Shown one piece after another: positions 18,301-26,304 of a stretch of DNA of 32,000 nucleotides. The position numbers were made by a program, and so were the translations under genes. The notes below the pieces were generated by a model. That model was not told the origin of the DNA. It saw only the letters and a list, made by a program, of their open reading frames with translations, and made no database searches. Source of the DNA: Candidatus Harpocratesius repetitus. GTDB taxonomy: Archaea; Asgardarchaeota; Lokiarchaeia; Sigyniarchaeales; Promethearchaeaceae. The stretch's first letter is position 1. Each line of letters begins with the position of its first letter. Where the stretch lies: NCBI GenBank assembly GCA_021498095.1, contig JAIZWK010000001.1, positions 2,430,001 to 2,462,000 of the forward strand, given 5' to 3'.

Positions 18301-19299
18301 ATGAAGAACCACAGCGAATGGTTGATGAATTATTTTAACAATATTTACAACGATGATAATTATACAGATGAATATGATGACGATGATTATGAAAGATTTC
18401 CACTCGCTCCTGAGGATGAATATCCTTTCGGGTTTCAATACGGGCTTCCACTTCCAATTAATATTCCAACCGATGATTTCGGCGTTCCCCTTCATCCGTA
18501 TTGGCGTTTTTACCACTATGAGCGCCTACTCGACCCGAAATCGCTTTCTCCCTGCTTCATTCCTTCAAGGATCTATTTTCCATTTCCCGAACCTATTCCT
18601 CACAAAGCTGAATATATTTTTAAGGTCATGCACTATTTCTGGGTGATGGGAATCGATCTACGGCAGTATCCATGCGATTACAGTTTTAAATGGTATATCA
18701 TGCCGTTTCCTTCTTCCGAAATAGTGCCCCGAGCCCGAGACGGCTTACCCGAGTCAAATTTCTGGTTAGCATTGTATTTCGTACGGCAAGTCCGACCCAA
18801 TTTTCCGATTCCAGCTTATGATAAAAACGGCTATCCAGTTTTTGAAAACGGATTTGATGTAATAAATGATAATTATCCAGAAGAGCGAAAGGCAATACTT
18901 GACTTTTTTTATAAAAAGATGGAATTTGATTCTCAATCTTTAGAAATAAACTTTATTTTAAGTTTTATTGAAAGACCGGATAAGGATATTAAAACGTATA
19001 CCTATTCCGAAATAGTCGGCAAATTCCCCAAGCTCGAGATTCCGTTCAATCCGCCCACCATTCCCGATATGGCGTTTGCATACATCAAAATCAACAGTTC
19101 GGTTGAAGATGTTTCTCTTGATCCTAATTCATTTCCTCATGGATTTACGGCTCGACATCGGAAACTTCTGCTGATGTTGGCTACACCTTCAATTCTTACG
19201 CTTCTACAGGAAAATCTGCCTTCCAGCGATCCACTGATTCAAGATATTTTGCAGAAATTTAAGAAAAAGCTGCCTAATTCTCCTTATTCGATTATGTAA
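18301..19299 (+). CDS. Hypothetical Pro/aromatic-rich protein with acidic N-terminus; no family recognised
   Basis: 332-codon ORF, about 38 Pro by my count, GC and CpG richer than neighbours, Asp-rich start (DDNYTDEYDDDDY). Confidence 0.75.
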   Translation: MKNHSEWLMNYFNNIYNDDNYTDEYDDDDYERFPLAPEDEYPFGFQYGLPLPINIPTDDFGVPLHPYWRFYHYERLLDPKSLSPCFIPSRIYFPFPEPIPHKAEYIFKVMHYFWVMGIDLRQYPCDYSFKWYIMPFPSSEIVPRARDGLPESNFWLALYFVRQVRPNFPIPAYDKNGYPVFENGFDVINDNYPEERKAILDFFYKKMEFDSQSLEINFILSFIERPDKDIKTYTYSEIVGKFPKLEIPFNPPTIPDMAFAYIKINSSVEDVSLDPNSFPHGFTARHRKLLLMLATPSILTLLQENLPSSDPLIQDILQKFKKKLPNSPYSIM

Positions 19300-19520
19300 A
19301 TATTTTAAAAATTTTTTAATTCAGCAATTTTAAAACAATACTTACCAAAAGAATCTGAATTTTAACAGGATGATTATAATAGTTTATTCAAACTGCTTAA
19401 AGGGGAAAAAATAACCGCCGAATTTAAAAGATAGATGCATGTATTCCGCCTTTTTACTTTAGGGATGTAAACCATGAGGTTAAGTCAAATGAGCAATAAC
19501 AAGTTTGCGTTGCTTTTTTT

Positions 19521-19562
19521 AGATCTTCTCATGTTTTATCATAAAATTTTTTAGAGGTTAAG
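19521..19562 (+). repeat. Copy 2 of the 42-bp imperfect direct repeat
   Basis: agatcttctcatgttttatcataaaattttttagaggttaag. Confidence 0.8.
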
Positions 19563-19621
19563 TTTAAAATTCTTCTTAATTCTTTCTTCTAATTCTCTCC
19601 CAATTTTATTTCTTTATCAAT

Positions 19622-19675
19622 TTCTTCTGATTCTTCTGATTCTTCTGATTCTTCAGATTCTTCAGATTCTTCTAA
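19622..19675. repeat. 9-bp tandem repeat x6, encoding (S-E-E)n in a possible 52-aa minus-strand ORF 19589-19747
   Basis: ttcttctga x3, ttcttcaga x2, ttcttctaa. Confidence 0.85.
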
Positions 19676-19820
19676 TTTGTCATTTGTTCTATTAATTTTA
19701 TCTATTTTTTCACGAATCTCTTTCTTTTCTATTTTCTTTTCAATCATTTCCTTAATAACACTCTAAAAACTATCGGAATTTATTAATCTACTCTAAATTT
19801 AACTTGTATATTTTGAAAAA

Positions 19821-21257
19821 GTGATATGCATGGAGGAAATTGATTGTAATGATAATGATTCGTCAAAATTATCTTCAAAAAATAAATATCTCCAAAACTA
19901 TGAAGAAAAACAAAAATTACATGGTGAATATGAACTAATTATTAATCATCCATATGAAAATGCTAAGGAATCTTTAAAAAATAATCAAATAAAAACCCAA
20001 ATCAAATCAAAATCTCAAATCAAATCAAAATCTCAAATCAAATCAAAATCTCAAACCAAATCAAAATCTCAATTCTCACCGAATTTTATCAAATCTAATT
20101 TAACTTTTTCTGATTTTCTCTCAATAATTGCAAAGGAAGAAATTAGCTATCCAAATCAAGGAGATTCAAGATCTTTTCAAGAAGTTACTCCTATCCGTAA
20201 AATAAAAGTAAAAAGTAAACAAACACCTTATTTAGACGGAAAAATTATACCGGATTATCGACTCTCTAAAAATCAACAAAAAAAGCTTATAGATACTCTA
20301 GAAAATAACATTCCTCCAAGCATTAACCCAAAATATAAACGACAGATAACAAATGGAACAATCTATATGTGCTATTGTCATCTAAACGGAAAACCTTATT
20401 TTGGAGAAACATATCGTTCTTTGACTCAAAGATGGAAAGAACATCTTAAAATCTATAAAAAAGAAAATCAAGTTACCCGATTTAATCGCGCTTTGCGTAA
20501 ATATCATCCAGAAAATTTCTCCTGTAATGAAATTCAGATAATTGAAAAATGTAGCGTATGGACTTTGAAACGTGCAGAAGCTTTCTACTCTGTAAAATTT
20601 AATACATTAAATCCCAATTGTGGCTATAATATGACATTAGATGGTCCAGGTGGTGTAAATACAGATGAACAAAATGAAAAAATATCAAGAGGTTTAAAAG
20701 GTCGTTTAAGAAAAGAAGAAACTAAACAAAAAATATCAAAAAGATTAAAAAATCGACCAAGTCCAATGAAAGGTAGAAAACAAACTCCAGAACATATTAA
20801 AAAAAGAGTTTCTAAACTGAAAGGAAGAAAACCATCAGAAATAACAAGAAGAAAAATTAGTAATAGCCTCTCTGGACCTAATCATTTCCTTTTCAACACT
20901 CACTTGCCTGAATCTTGGAGAAAAAATATAAGTAAAGGAAGAAAAGGAATAAAAAATTCATTAGAAAGTCTTGCTAAAATACGAGAAACAAAAAGAAAGA
21001 TCTTTTATCAAAAAAATTTTGGTTTAAATCCAGATGATCTTGAATTTTTTGAAAGTCAAATTCAACAAATTGATGAAAAATTGCGTGATTTCATATATCA
21101 AGGTAAAGAACTTCAATGTATTGCTGATTTGATGAAAATAGATATAAACACATTAAGAAACTATATTTCTCGTATATATGGTCAAAGAAGTATACGTCTG
21201 GCTCGAAATATTGAAAAGAGAAAAAGGAAATCAACAGGCATAAATCAAGAATTATAA
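19821..21257 (+). CDS. Free-standing GIY-YIG homing-endonuclease-like protein with NUMOD3 repeats and C-terminal HTH
   Basis: GTIY...KPYFGET...QRWKEH...RALRKY...AEAFY...GYN catalytic pattern; NUMOD3-like EETKQKISKRLK, PMKGRKQTPEHIKK, KGRKPSEITRRKIS, LPESWRKNISKGRKG; HTH LQCIADLMKIDINTLRNYI. Confidence 0.85.
   Translation: MICMEEIDCNDNDSSKLSSKNKYLQNYEEKQKLHGEYELIINHPYENAKESLKNNQIKTQIKSKSQIKSKSQIKSKSQTKSKSQFSPNFIKSNLTFSDFLSIIAKEEISYPNQGDSRSFQEVTPIRKIKVKSKQTPYLDGKIIPDYRLSKNQQKKLIDTLENNIPPSINPKYKRQITNGTIYMCYCHLNGKPYFGETYRSLTQRWKEHLKIYKKENQVTRFNRALRKYHPENFSCNEIQIIEKCSVWTLKRAEAFYSVKFNTLNPNCGYNMTLDGPGGVNTDEQNEKISRGLKGRLRKEETKQKISKRLKNRPSPMKGRKQTPEHIKKRVSKLKGRKPSEITRRKISNSLSGPNHFLFNTHLPESWRKNISKGRKGIKNSLESLAKIRETKRKIFYQKNFGLNPDDLEFFESQIQQIDEKLRDFIYQGKELQCIADLMKIDINTLRNYISRIYGQRSIRLARNIEKRKRKSTGINQEL
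19998..20072 (+). repeat. In-frame 18-bp tandem repeat x4 inside the endonuclease ORF (QIKSKS x3, QTKSKS)
   Basis: caaatcaaatcaaaatct x3, then caaaccaaatcaaaatct. Confidence 0.92.
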
Positions 21258-21312
21258 ATCAAGATATTAAAGCCAATTTTGCTAAGTTTCATTCAGCTCC
21301 TTATTTTCATAA

Positions 21313-21386
21313 AAAAGGGCAGAAAAGTATGAAAAAAAAAGTGAAAAGAACTCGAAACATCAAAACGAGTTTTTACGAGCCCTTTT
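21313..21386 (-). terminator. Nested inverted repeats with T-run downstream of acs, between convergent genes
   Basis: aaaagggc 21313-20 / gccctttt 21379-86 and aactcg 21349-54 / cgagtt 21366-71; an A-run at 21332-40 reads as a T-run on the minus strand. Confidence 0.45.
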
Positions 21387-21409
21387 AGAAATATAGTATA
21401 ATAGGAATT

Positions 21410-23431
21410 TTAGAATTTGATTTCGCCGAGCTTCTTACGCTCATCAATCAAATGTTGCACCACTTCTGGATTTGCCAAAGTCATTGTGTTCCCAATATCA
21501 CTCTGGGTCGCAATTGCCTTCAAAACACGACGCATAATCTTACCAGATCGAGTCTTGGGTAAAGCATCTGAAAACATAATGATTTCAGGATAGACTGCAG
21601 GTCCAGCTGTGGTTCGAACATGCTTCTGAATCTCTTTCTTCAATTCCTCGGTTGGTTCCACACCAGTCATCAAAGTAACATAGGCAAAGATGGTAGAACC
21701 TTTTACAGGATGAGGATAAGGACAAACTGCACTTTCTGCTACTGCCTCATGGGAGTTAATTGCAGCCTCAACTTCAGCAGAACCTAATCGGTGTCCAGAA
21801 ACCTTGATAACATCATCAGAGCGCCCTAAGATGAAGTAATAGCCGTCATCGTCAATTTGGGCATAATCTCCAGTGAAGTAATGTCCTGGGAATTTGGTTA
21901 AGTAAGTTTTGACAAAACGCTCATGATCGCCCCAAACAGTTCGCATTAAACCAGGCCATGGCATGTCGTAGGCAAAATAAGCTTGAGTCATACTTTTAGT
22001 GACCTTGTTGCCATCTTCATCCAATAAAACGGGATTGATTCCAAAGAAGGGGAAGGTACAACTTCCAGGTTTCATAGGAGTGATAGCTCCTAAATTGACC
22101 ATCATGTACGACCCGGTTTCTGTCTGCCAGTATGAATCAACAATAGGTCGACCGACTGGTTTTTCACCGGTGGTTCCTTTCCCTACCACTTCCCAATACC
22201 ACTTCCACTCCGGCCAATTGCACACTTCGCCAACAGTTCCAAGCATTTTAAGTTTAGAAAGGTCAAATTTGTTAACTGGTTCTTCTCCGTATTTCATTAA
22301 AGCACGGATAGCAGTTGGGGCGGTATAAAAGTGAGTAACACCGAGTTTTTCACAGATTTCCCAAAATCGACCTTTGTGTGGCCATGTTGGGACACCTTCA
22401 TACATAACAGTTTTAGCTCCAAGAGCGAGTGGACTGTAAATGATTTGTGTGTGTCCTGTGATCCATCCGATATCTGCGGTGCAGTACCAAACGTCGCGTC
22501 CTTCGACTGTGTCACCTTTTAAGTCAATTAAACAGGAATAGTCCCATACATATTTGTTTGTGGACATACCATAAACTAAGTATCCTGCAGTTGTGTGCAC
22601 GACACCTTTAGGTTTGCCGGTGGTTCCACTGGTGTATAAGATGAATAATGGATCTTCAGCGTCCATAGGTTCGCATGGGCATTCAGTAGATTGTTCTGCC
22701 ACTAAAGCGGTGAAATCGACATCTTTTTCATATTTGTAAACGTTTTCATCACCAGTGACTTTAACAACTGCCACATGTTCGATTGATGGACATGTTTCGA
22801 TGATGCCTTTTAAGTTATCTTTCATAGGTCGTGGTCGACCGGCGCGCATAACTTGATCGGCAACGACTAATACTTTACATTGGCTATCATCAATTCGGTC
22901 TTTTACAGATTCAGCACTGAATCCACCGAAAACGATAGAGTGGATAGCACCAATACGTGCACAAGCAAGCATGGTTATGGCTAATTCAGAGACCATGGGC
23001 AACCATAAGCAGACTCTGTCCCCTTTTTTAATTCCTAATGATTTTAAAGCGTTAGCGGTTTTGCTTACAGCATCTTTTAATTCGGAGAAGGTGAATTCTT
23101 TTAAAGTATCATCTTCACCCATCCAGATGAGTGATTTAGCATCCCCATAGCCTTTTTCAACCCAGCGGTCAACACAGTTGTAACAAACGTTTAATTTTCC
23201 GCCTACAAACCATTTTCCAACAAAATCTTCAGGGGTAGAGCCGGTCCAAACTTCTTTATATGGTTCAAACCAGTCGACCATTTTAGCTTCTTCCGCCCAG
23301 AATTCTCTTGGATTTTCGACGGATTTTTTCCACATTTCGCGGTATTGATCCATTGATTTGATACGCGCGTTTTCAGCGAGTTCAGGCAATGGATAATAGA
23401 TTTTTTGTTTTTCTTTATCAGATTCAGACAT
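21410..23431 (-). CDS. acs: AMP-forming acetyl-CoA synthetase (ORF track start 23479; likelier ATG 23431, MSESDK)
   Basis: WFVGGKLNVCYNCVDR, YTSGTTGKPKG, TADIGWITGH, FYTAPTAIR, YWQTETG, GRSDDVIKVSGHRLGSAEVE, PKTRSGKIMRR. Confidence 0.97.
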   Translation of the reverse strand: MSESDKEKQKIYYPLPELAENARIKSMDQYREMWKKSVENPREFWAEEAKMVDWFEPYKEVWTGSTPEDFVGKWFVGGKLNVCYNCVDRWVEKGYGDAKSLIWMGEDDTLKEFTFSELKDAVSKTANALKSLGIKKGDRVCLWLPMVSELAITMLACARIGAIHSIVFGGFSAESVKDRIDDSQCKVLVVADQVMRAGRPRPMKDNLKGIIETCPSIEHVAVVKVTGDENVYKYEKDVDFTALVAEQSTECPCEPMDAEDPLFILYTSGTTGKPKGVVHTTAGYLVYGMSTNKYVWDYSCLIDLKGDTVEGRDVWYCTADIGWITGHTQIIYSPLALGAKTVMYEGVPTWPHKGRFWEICEKLGVTHFYTAPTAIRALMKYGEEPVNKFDLSKLKMLGTVGEVCNWPEWKWYWEVVGKGTTGEKPVGRPIVDSYWQTETGSYMMVNLGAITPMKPGSCTFPFFGINPVLLDEDGNKVTKSMTQAYFAYDMPWPGLMRTVWGDHERFVKTYLTKFPGHYFTGDYAQIDDDGYYFILGRSDDVIKVSGHRLGSAEVEAAINSHEAVAESAVCPYPHPVKGSTIFAYVTLMTGVEPTEELKKEIQKHVRTTAGPAVYPEIIMFSDALPKTRSGKIMRRVLKAIATQSDIGNTMTLANPEVVQHLIDERKKLGEIKF

Positions 23432-23471
23432 ATTCGTCAATCTCACTAATGTTGATTTGAAAAATCGACAC

Positions 23472-23530
23472 AGCCTCAAGGAGGCTTAGTTACTTAGCGG
23501 GAGAATAACGATGCTCACGCTAGGTACTGT
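23472..23530 (-). promoter_or_regulatory. GC-rich two-hairpin 5' leader of acs
   Basis: agcctc-aag-gaggct (23472-86); acttagcg-g-gag ... ctc-a-cgctaggt (23492-23525). TATA-like TTTTTATTT on the minus strand at 23562-23554. Confidence 0.45.
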
Positions 23531-23738
23531 TGTATGTAAAAATGCATTCATTCAAATAAAAAGCTTGTGGGTTGAAATTTTATAATTCACTCAAAAGCAC
23601 GAAAAAGTGTGGATAGTTTAGGTGGGTGGAGGAAATTTTGGGAGGGATGTGACCATAAATGCGAAAATTAGAGAAAAACTAAAAAAGACGTAAACAAAAA
23701 AAATAAACAGAACAGCAAGAAAAAAAAGTAAATATAAT

Positions 23739-23823
23739 GAAATTAATCGAAAACAAAAACGAAATTAATCGAAAACAAAAACAAAATTAATCGAAAACAA
23801 AAACGAAATTAAACGAAAACAAA
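23739..23823. repeat. Intergenic 22-bp tandem repeat, about 3.9 copies
   Basis: gaaattaatcgaaaacaaaaac x2, aaaattaatcgaaaacaaaaac, gaaattaaacgaaaacaaa. Confidence 0.92.
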
Positions 23824-24020
23824 TGAAAATAGATGAAAATAAATATAATTACTTAAAAGAAGAATTGAATAGCAGATAATGAAAGAAAGAATAAATTATT
23901 AAATCGGAATCGGCTAATTGGATTTAAAATAAGATTTTTCATTTTTTTATATGTTTAGATAAAATATTATAGAGAGAGTGAAATAATGTAGAAAAAAGAG
24001 TATTTGAGACACTATGAAAT

Positions 24021-24078
24021 TGATAAAAATTAATAAAAATTGATAATAATTGATAAAAATTGATAAAAATTGATAAAT
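24021..24078. repeat. Intergenic 10-bp tandem repeat x6
   Basis: tgataaaaat taataaaaat tgataataat tgataaaaat tgataaaaat tgataaat. Confidence 0.9.
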
Positions 24079-24128
24079 TTTTTTTAAAAGTTGTTTCTGA
24101 TAAACAATAAAAAAGGATTTCTGAGAAT

Positions 24129-24476
24129 ATGATAACAACTAATTCAAAGTATTTTTCTAAATATTTTTCAAATAATTTTTATAATTACCTGATTAGAAAT
24201 AAGCCAAAAGAAATAGGATTAAATGAGATAATAGAGGGGGGTAAGTTAACGGATTTTAATTTTAAAGAGTTTTATGGAATCGATAGTCTTATTGAAAATC
24301 CGAAATCTTTTTCCAATTTGGAGATTTTTATTTTTGATTTATTAGAATCCTTTGCTGATCATTTTCGTTATAAAATTATTGGATCAATTTCAGATGGTGA
24401 AATTTTGATTCAAAATCGAGAAGACGATACACTTCTAAAGTTTAATTTTATTAAAATTTATGGAAATGAAGAATGA
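24129..24476 (+). CDS. Hypothetical protein (115 aa)
   Basis: ORF with protein-like composition; no motif recognised. Confidence 0.55.
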   Translation: MITTNSKYFSKYFSNNFYNYLIRNKPKEIGLNEIIEGGKLTDFNFKEFYGIDSLIENPKSFSNLEIFIFDLLESFADHFRYKIIGSISDGEILIQNREDDTLLKFNFIKIYGNEE

Positions 24477-24561
24477 AGAATAAAGAATGAACTGGATAAA
24501 ATATAAATTGTTAATATTAAATATTTACAAAGAGTCTTACCACAAATCGAATAAAGAGCGA

Positions 24562-25107
24562 TTATTTCCATTGAGTTCCTTTTAAGAAAAACCATACATC
24601 CGCTGCAACGGCGTATTTATTCGAGTCCAGTGTTGTTATCCATTTTAACATCTGTCGTGGTGTTTTCCAGAAAAATTGAATATCTTCAGTATCGTCCATC
24701 TGTGTGCTGCCGACATTCTTTTCATCTACCAATAATTTAACCCAAAACGTTGTTTCATTACTTATTCCTGCACTTTTAGGGAATGGTCCGCTGATTTCCT
24801 CTATTTCGCCTGTATATCCTGTTTCTTCTTTAAGTTCACGCAAAGCGGCTTGTGCTGGACTTTCTCCACTATCAATTAATCCAGCAGGAAAACTAATTTC
24901 ATTTTTCTCAATTGCCACTCGTGGTTGAGAGATAAACAAGATATGACCATACTGCCGAGATTTACAGATAAGTGTGACAACACCATGGGAGTGATTTCGA
25001 CAAACATAGTTCCATTCTTGTTCTTTATTGTTTTTGTCGATATATTTAGTATTGCGGAGGCATAGCCATTTGGTGGTGAAAATATCCTTTCTGGCAATAA
25101 TTTTCAT
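24562..25107 (-). CDS. NUDIX hydrolase, ADP-ribose pyrophosphatase-like
   Basis: Nudix box GLIDSGESPAQAALRELKEETGY; upstream ISFPAG; downstream SAGISNE. Confidence 0.92.
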   Translation of the reverse strand: MKIIARKDIFTTKWLCLRNTKYIDKNNKEQEWNYVCRNHSHGVVTLICKSRQYGHILFISQPRVAIEKNEISFPAGLIDSGESPAQAALRELKEETGYTGEIEEISGPFPKSAGISNETTFWVKLLVDEKNVGSTQMDDTEDIQFFWKTPRQMLKWITTLDSNKYAVAADVWFFLKGTQWK

Positions 25108-25610
25108 ACTGTAGGTATTTCCGTCTATGATACTTATATGCTTTCAGTATTCTCAATATGATAATTTTTTACTGATAAAAATTTAGAAAAGGATTTAGAA
25201 AAGTATTCTGATCTGATAAAGTAAAAATATAGAGAGAAATGAAGAAGAAAACGGAATGAAGAAGAAAAAGAAAAGAAAAGGAATGAAAGAAGCGAATTGA
25301 TGAATAAAAAGAAGAAAACTAAATAAAATATTGCAATCACTGAAGAACTAAGGAATAAAATTGAAGACATTTTCGACTAATTTATCTGCTTCTTTAAAAT
25401 TAGAGATATTGTTTGGATTTTCCAAAAATTGCCAAAATTTCTTCGTGAAATCATTCAATATCAAATCTAAAGCAAGATAAGAAGATAAAAAGAAGATTAT
25501 AATAGAAATTCACAGAAAATGAAAATATAATATTATTAGGAAATCAAAGAACAAAAACCTATTATATTTTTAAATTCACCAAAATCTACGTAATCAAAAA
25601 TTAAAATATG

Positions 25611-26063
25611 CTATTTATTTTCCATTTTTTGGACTAATTGGGGAAATAATTTAACGATCTCCTTATTTTTCTGAATTTCTTCCAACCAGCAATCTTCAAG
25701 ATCGTCTTCTATTTTTAAGTTTCTTTCTTTAATTGTCTGAATAGTAGGAACATAAATATATGCTTCTTGAGCTGTACCATCAAGTAATTCTACCGAAATT
25801 TTCTCTCTAGTGAAAAGACCTGTTTCTACACCTTCATATACATCTAATTTTGCAACATGTGAAGGACTGAGGGAAAAGACTAAAGCATAAAATCCGAAAT
25901 TTTGTGGATCCTTTAATATAAAGGGAAAAATGGTATCACCCATCCAAATTCGCCGATAATTTCGCACAATGCACACTTTTACGTCTGTTGATTTGAGATA
26001 AGTTTTATTTGGAATAAATGTTCCATAGCCTACAATGTAAATCGGCGAATCATTTGAATTCAT
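25611..26063 (-). CDS. Gamma-glutamylcyclotransferase (GGCT/AIG2-like) family protein
   Basis: IYIVGYGTF, LDVYEGV...FTREKISVEL, AYIYV. Confidence 0.8.
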   Translation of the reverse strand: MNSNDSPIYIVGYGTFIPNKTYLKSTDVKVCIVRNYRRIWMGDTIFPFILKDPQNFGFYALVFSLSPSHVAKLDVYEGVETGLFTREKISVELLDGTAQEAYIYVPTIQTIKERNLKIEDDLEDCWLEEIQKNKEIVKLFPQLVQKMENK

Positions 26064-26260
26064 ACTAAGACATAAGCCTTGGCGATATATATTTGTTATT
26101 TTGCAAATTACAAAAAAAAGATGAAATACAGCAATAGTGAAAATAAGATAGATATTACTAAAATAATTGAGACTGATTTGTGAAAATCTATATGAATATT
26201 AATAATAATCCAATAAAATCCATTTTTTTTATTTAATTTTGTCTTTGCGAGAATTAAATT

Positions 26261-26280
26261 TATTTAAGTAAACTTAAATA
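26261..26280. promoter_or_regulatory. Candidate MarR operator (9-2-9 inverted repeat)
   Basis: tatttaagt-aa-acttaaata ends 24 bp upstream of the marR ATG at 26305. Confidence 0.65.
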
Positions 26281-26304
26281 TTAAGATTGATTAATCATTT
26301 TAAG

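Noticed and set aside
18805-18855. PAYDKNGYPVF as the lead-in to an HNH/WHH toxin nuclease
   Set aside because: No downstream His motif (WHH/HNH) in the ORF.
19300-21409. Group I intron or intein hosting the GIY-YIG gene
   Set aside because: No interrupted host gene or RNA gene flanks it, no P7-like core was recognised, and the ORF has its own start and stop.
17977-21418. gaattttaaaattc (17977) and gaattttagaattt (21405) as target-site duplication of the accessory block
   Set aside because: Almost pure A/T with two mismatches; chance similarity is likely.
23739-23823. 22-bp repeats as a CRISPR array or archaeal ORB origin
   Set aside because: The repeats abut with no spacers, there are no cas genes, no ORB consensus (GTTCCAGTGGAAAC-like), and no orc1/cdc6 nearby.
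238-24123. GATTTCT occurs in frame near the 5' ends of three ORFs (238, 11432 minus, 24117), suggesting a special ATT-start context
   Set aside because: A 7-mer this AT-rich is expected several times in 64 kb of both strands, and each case has a simpler explanation.
23947-24138. 63-aa minus-strand ORF
   Set aside because: A translation of the 10-bp tandem repeat; low complexity.
25134-25370. 78-aa F/L/S-rich minus-strand ORF
   Set aside because: Mirror of a purine-rich tract; its hydrophobicity is compositional.
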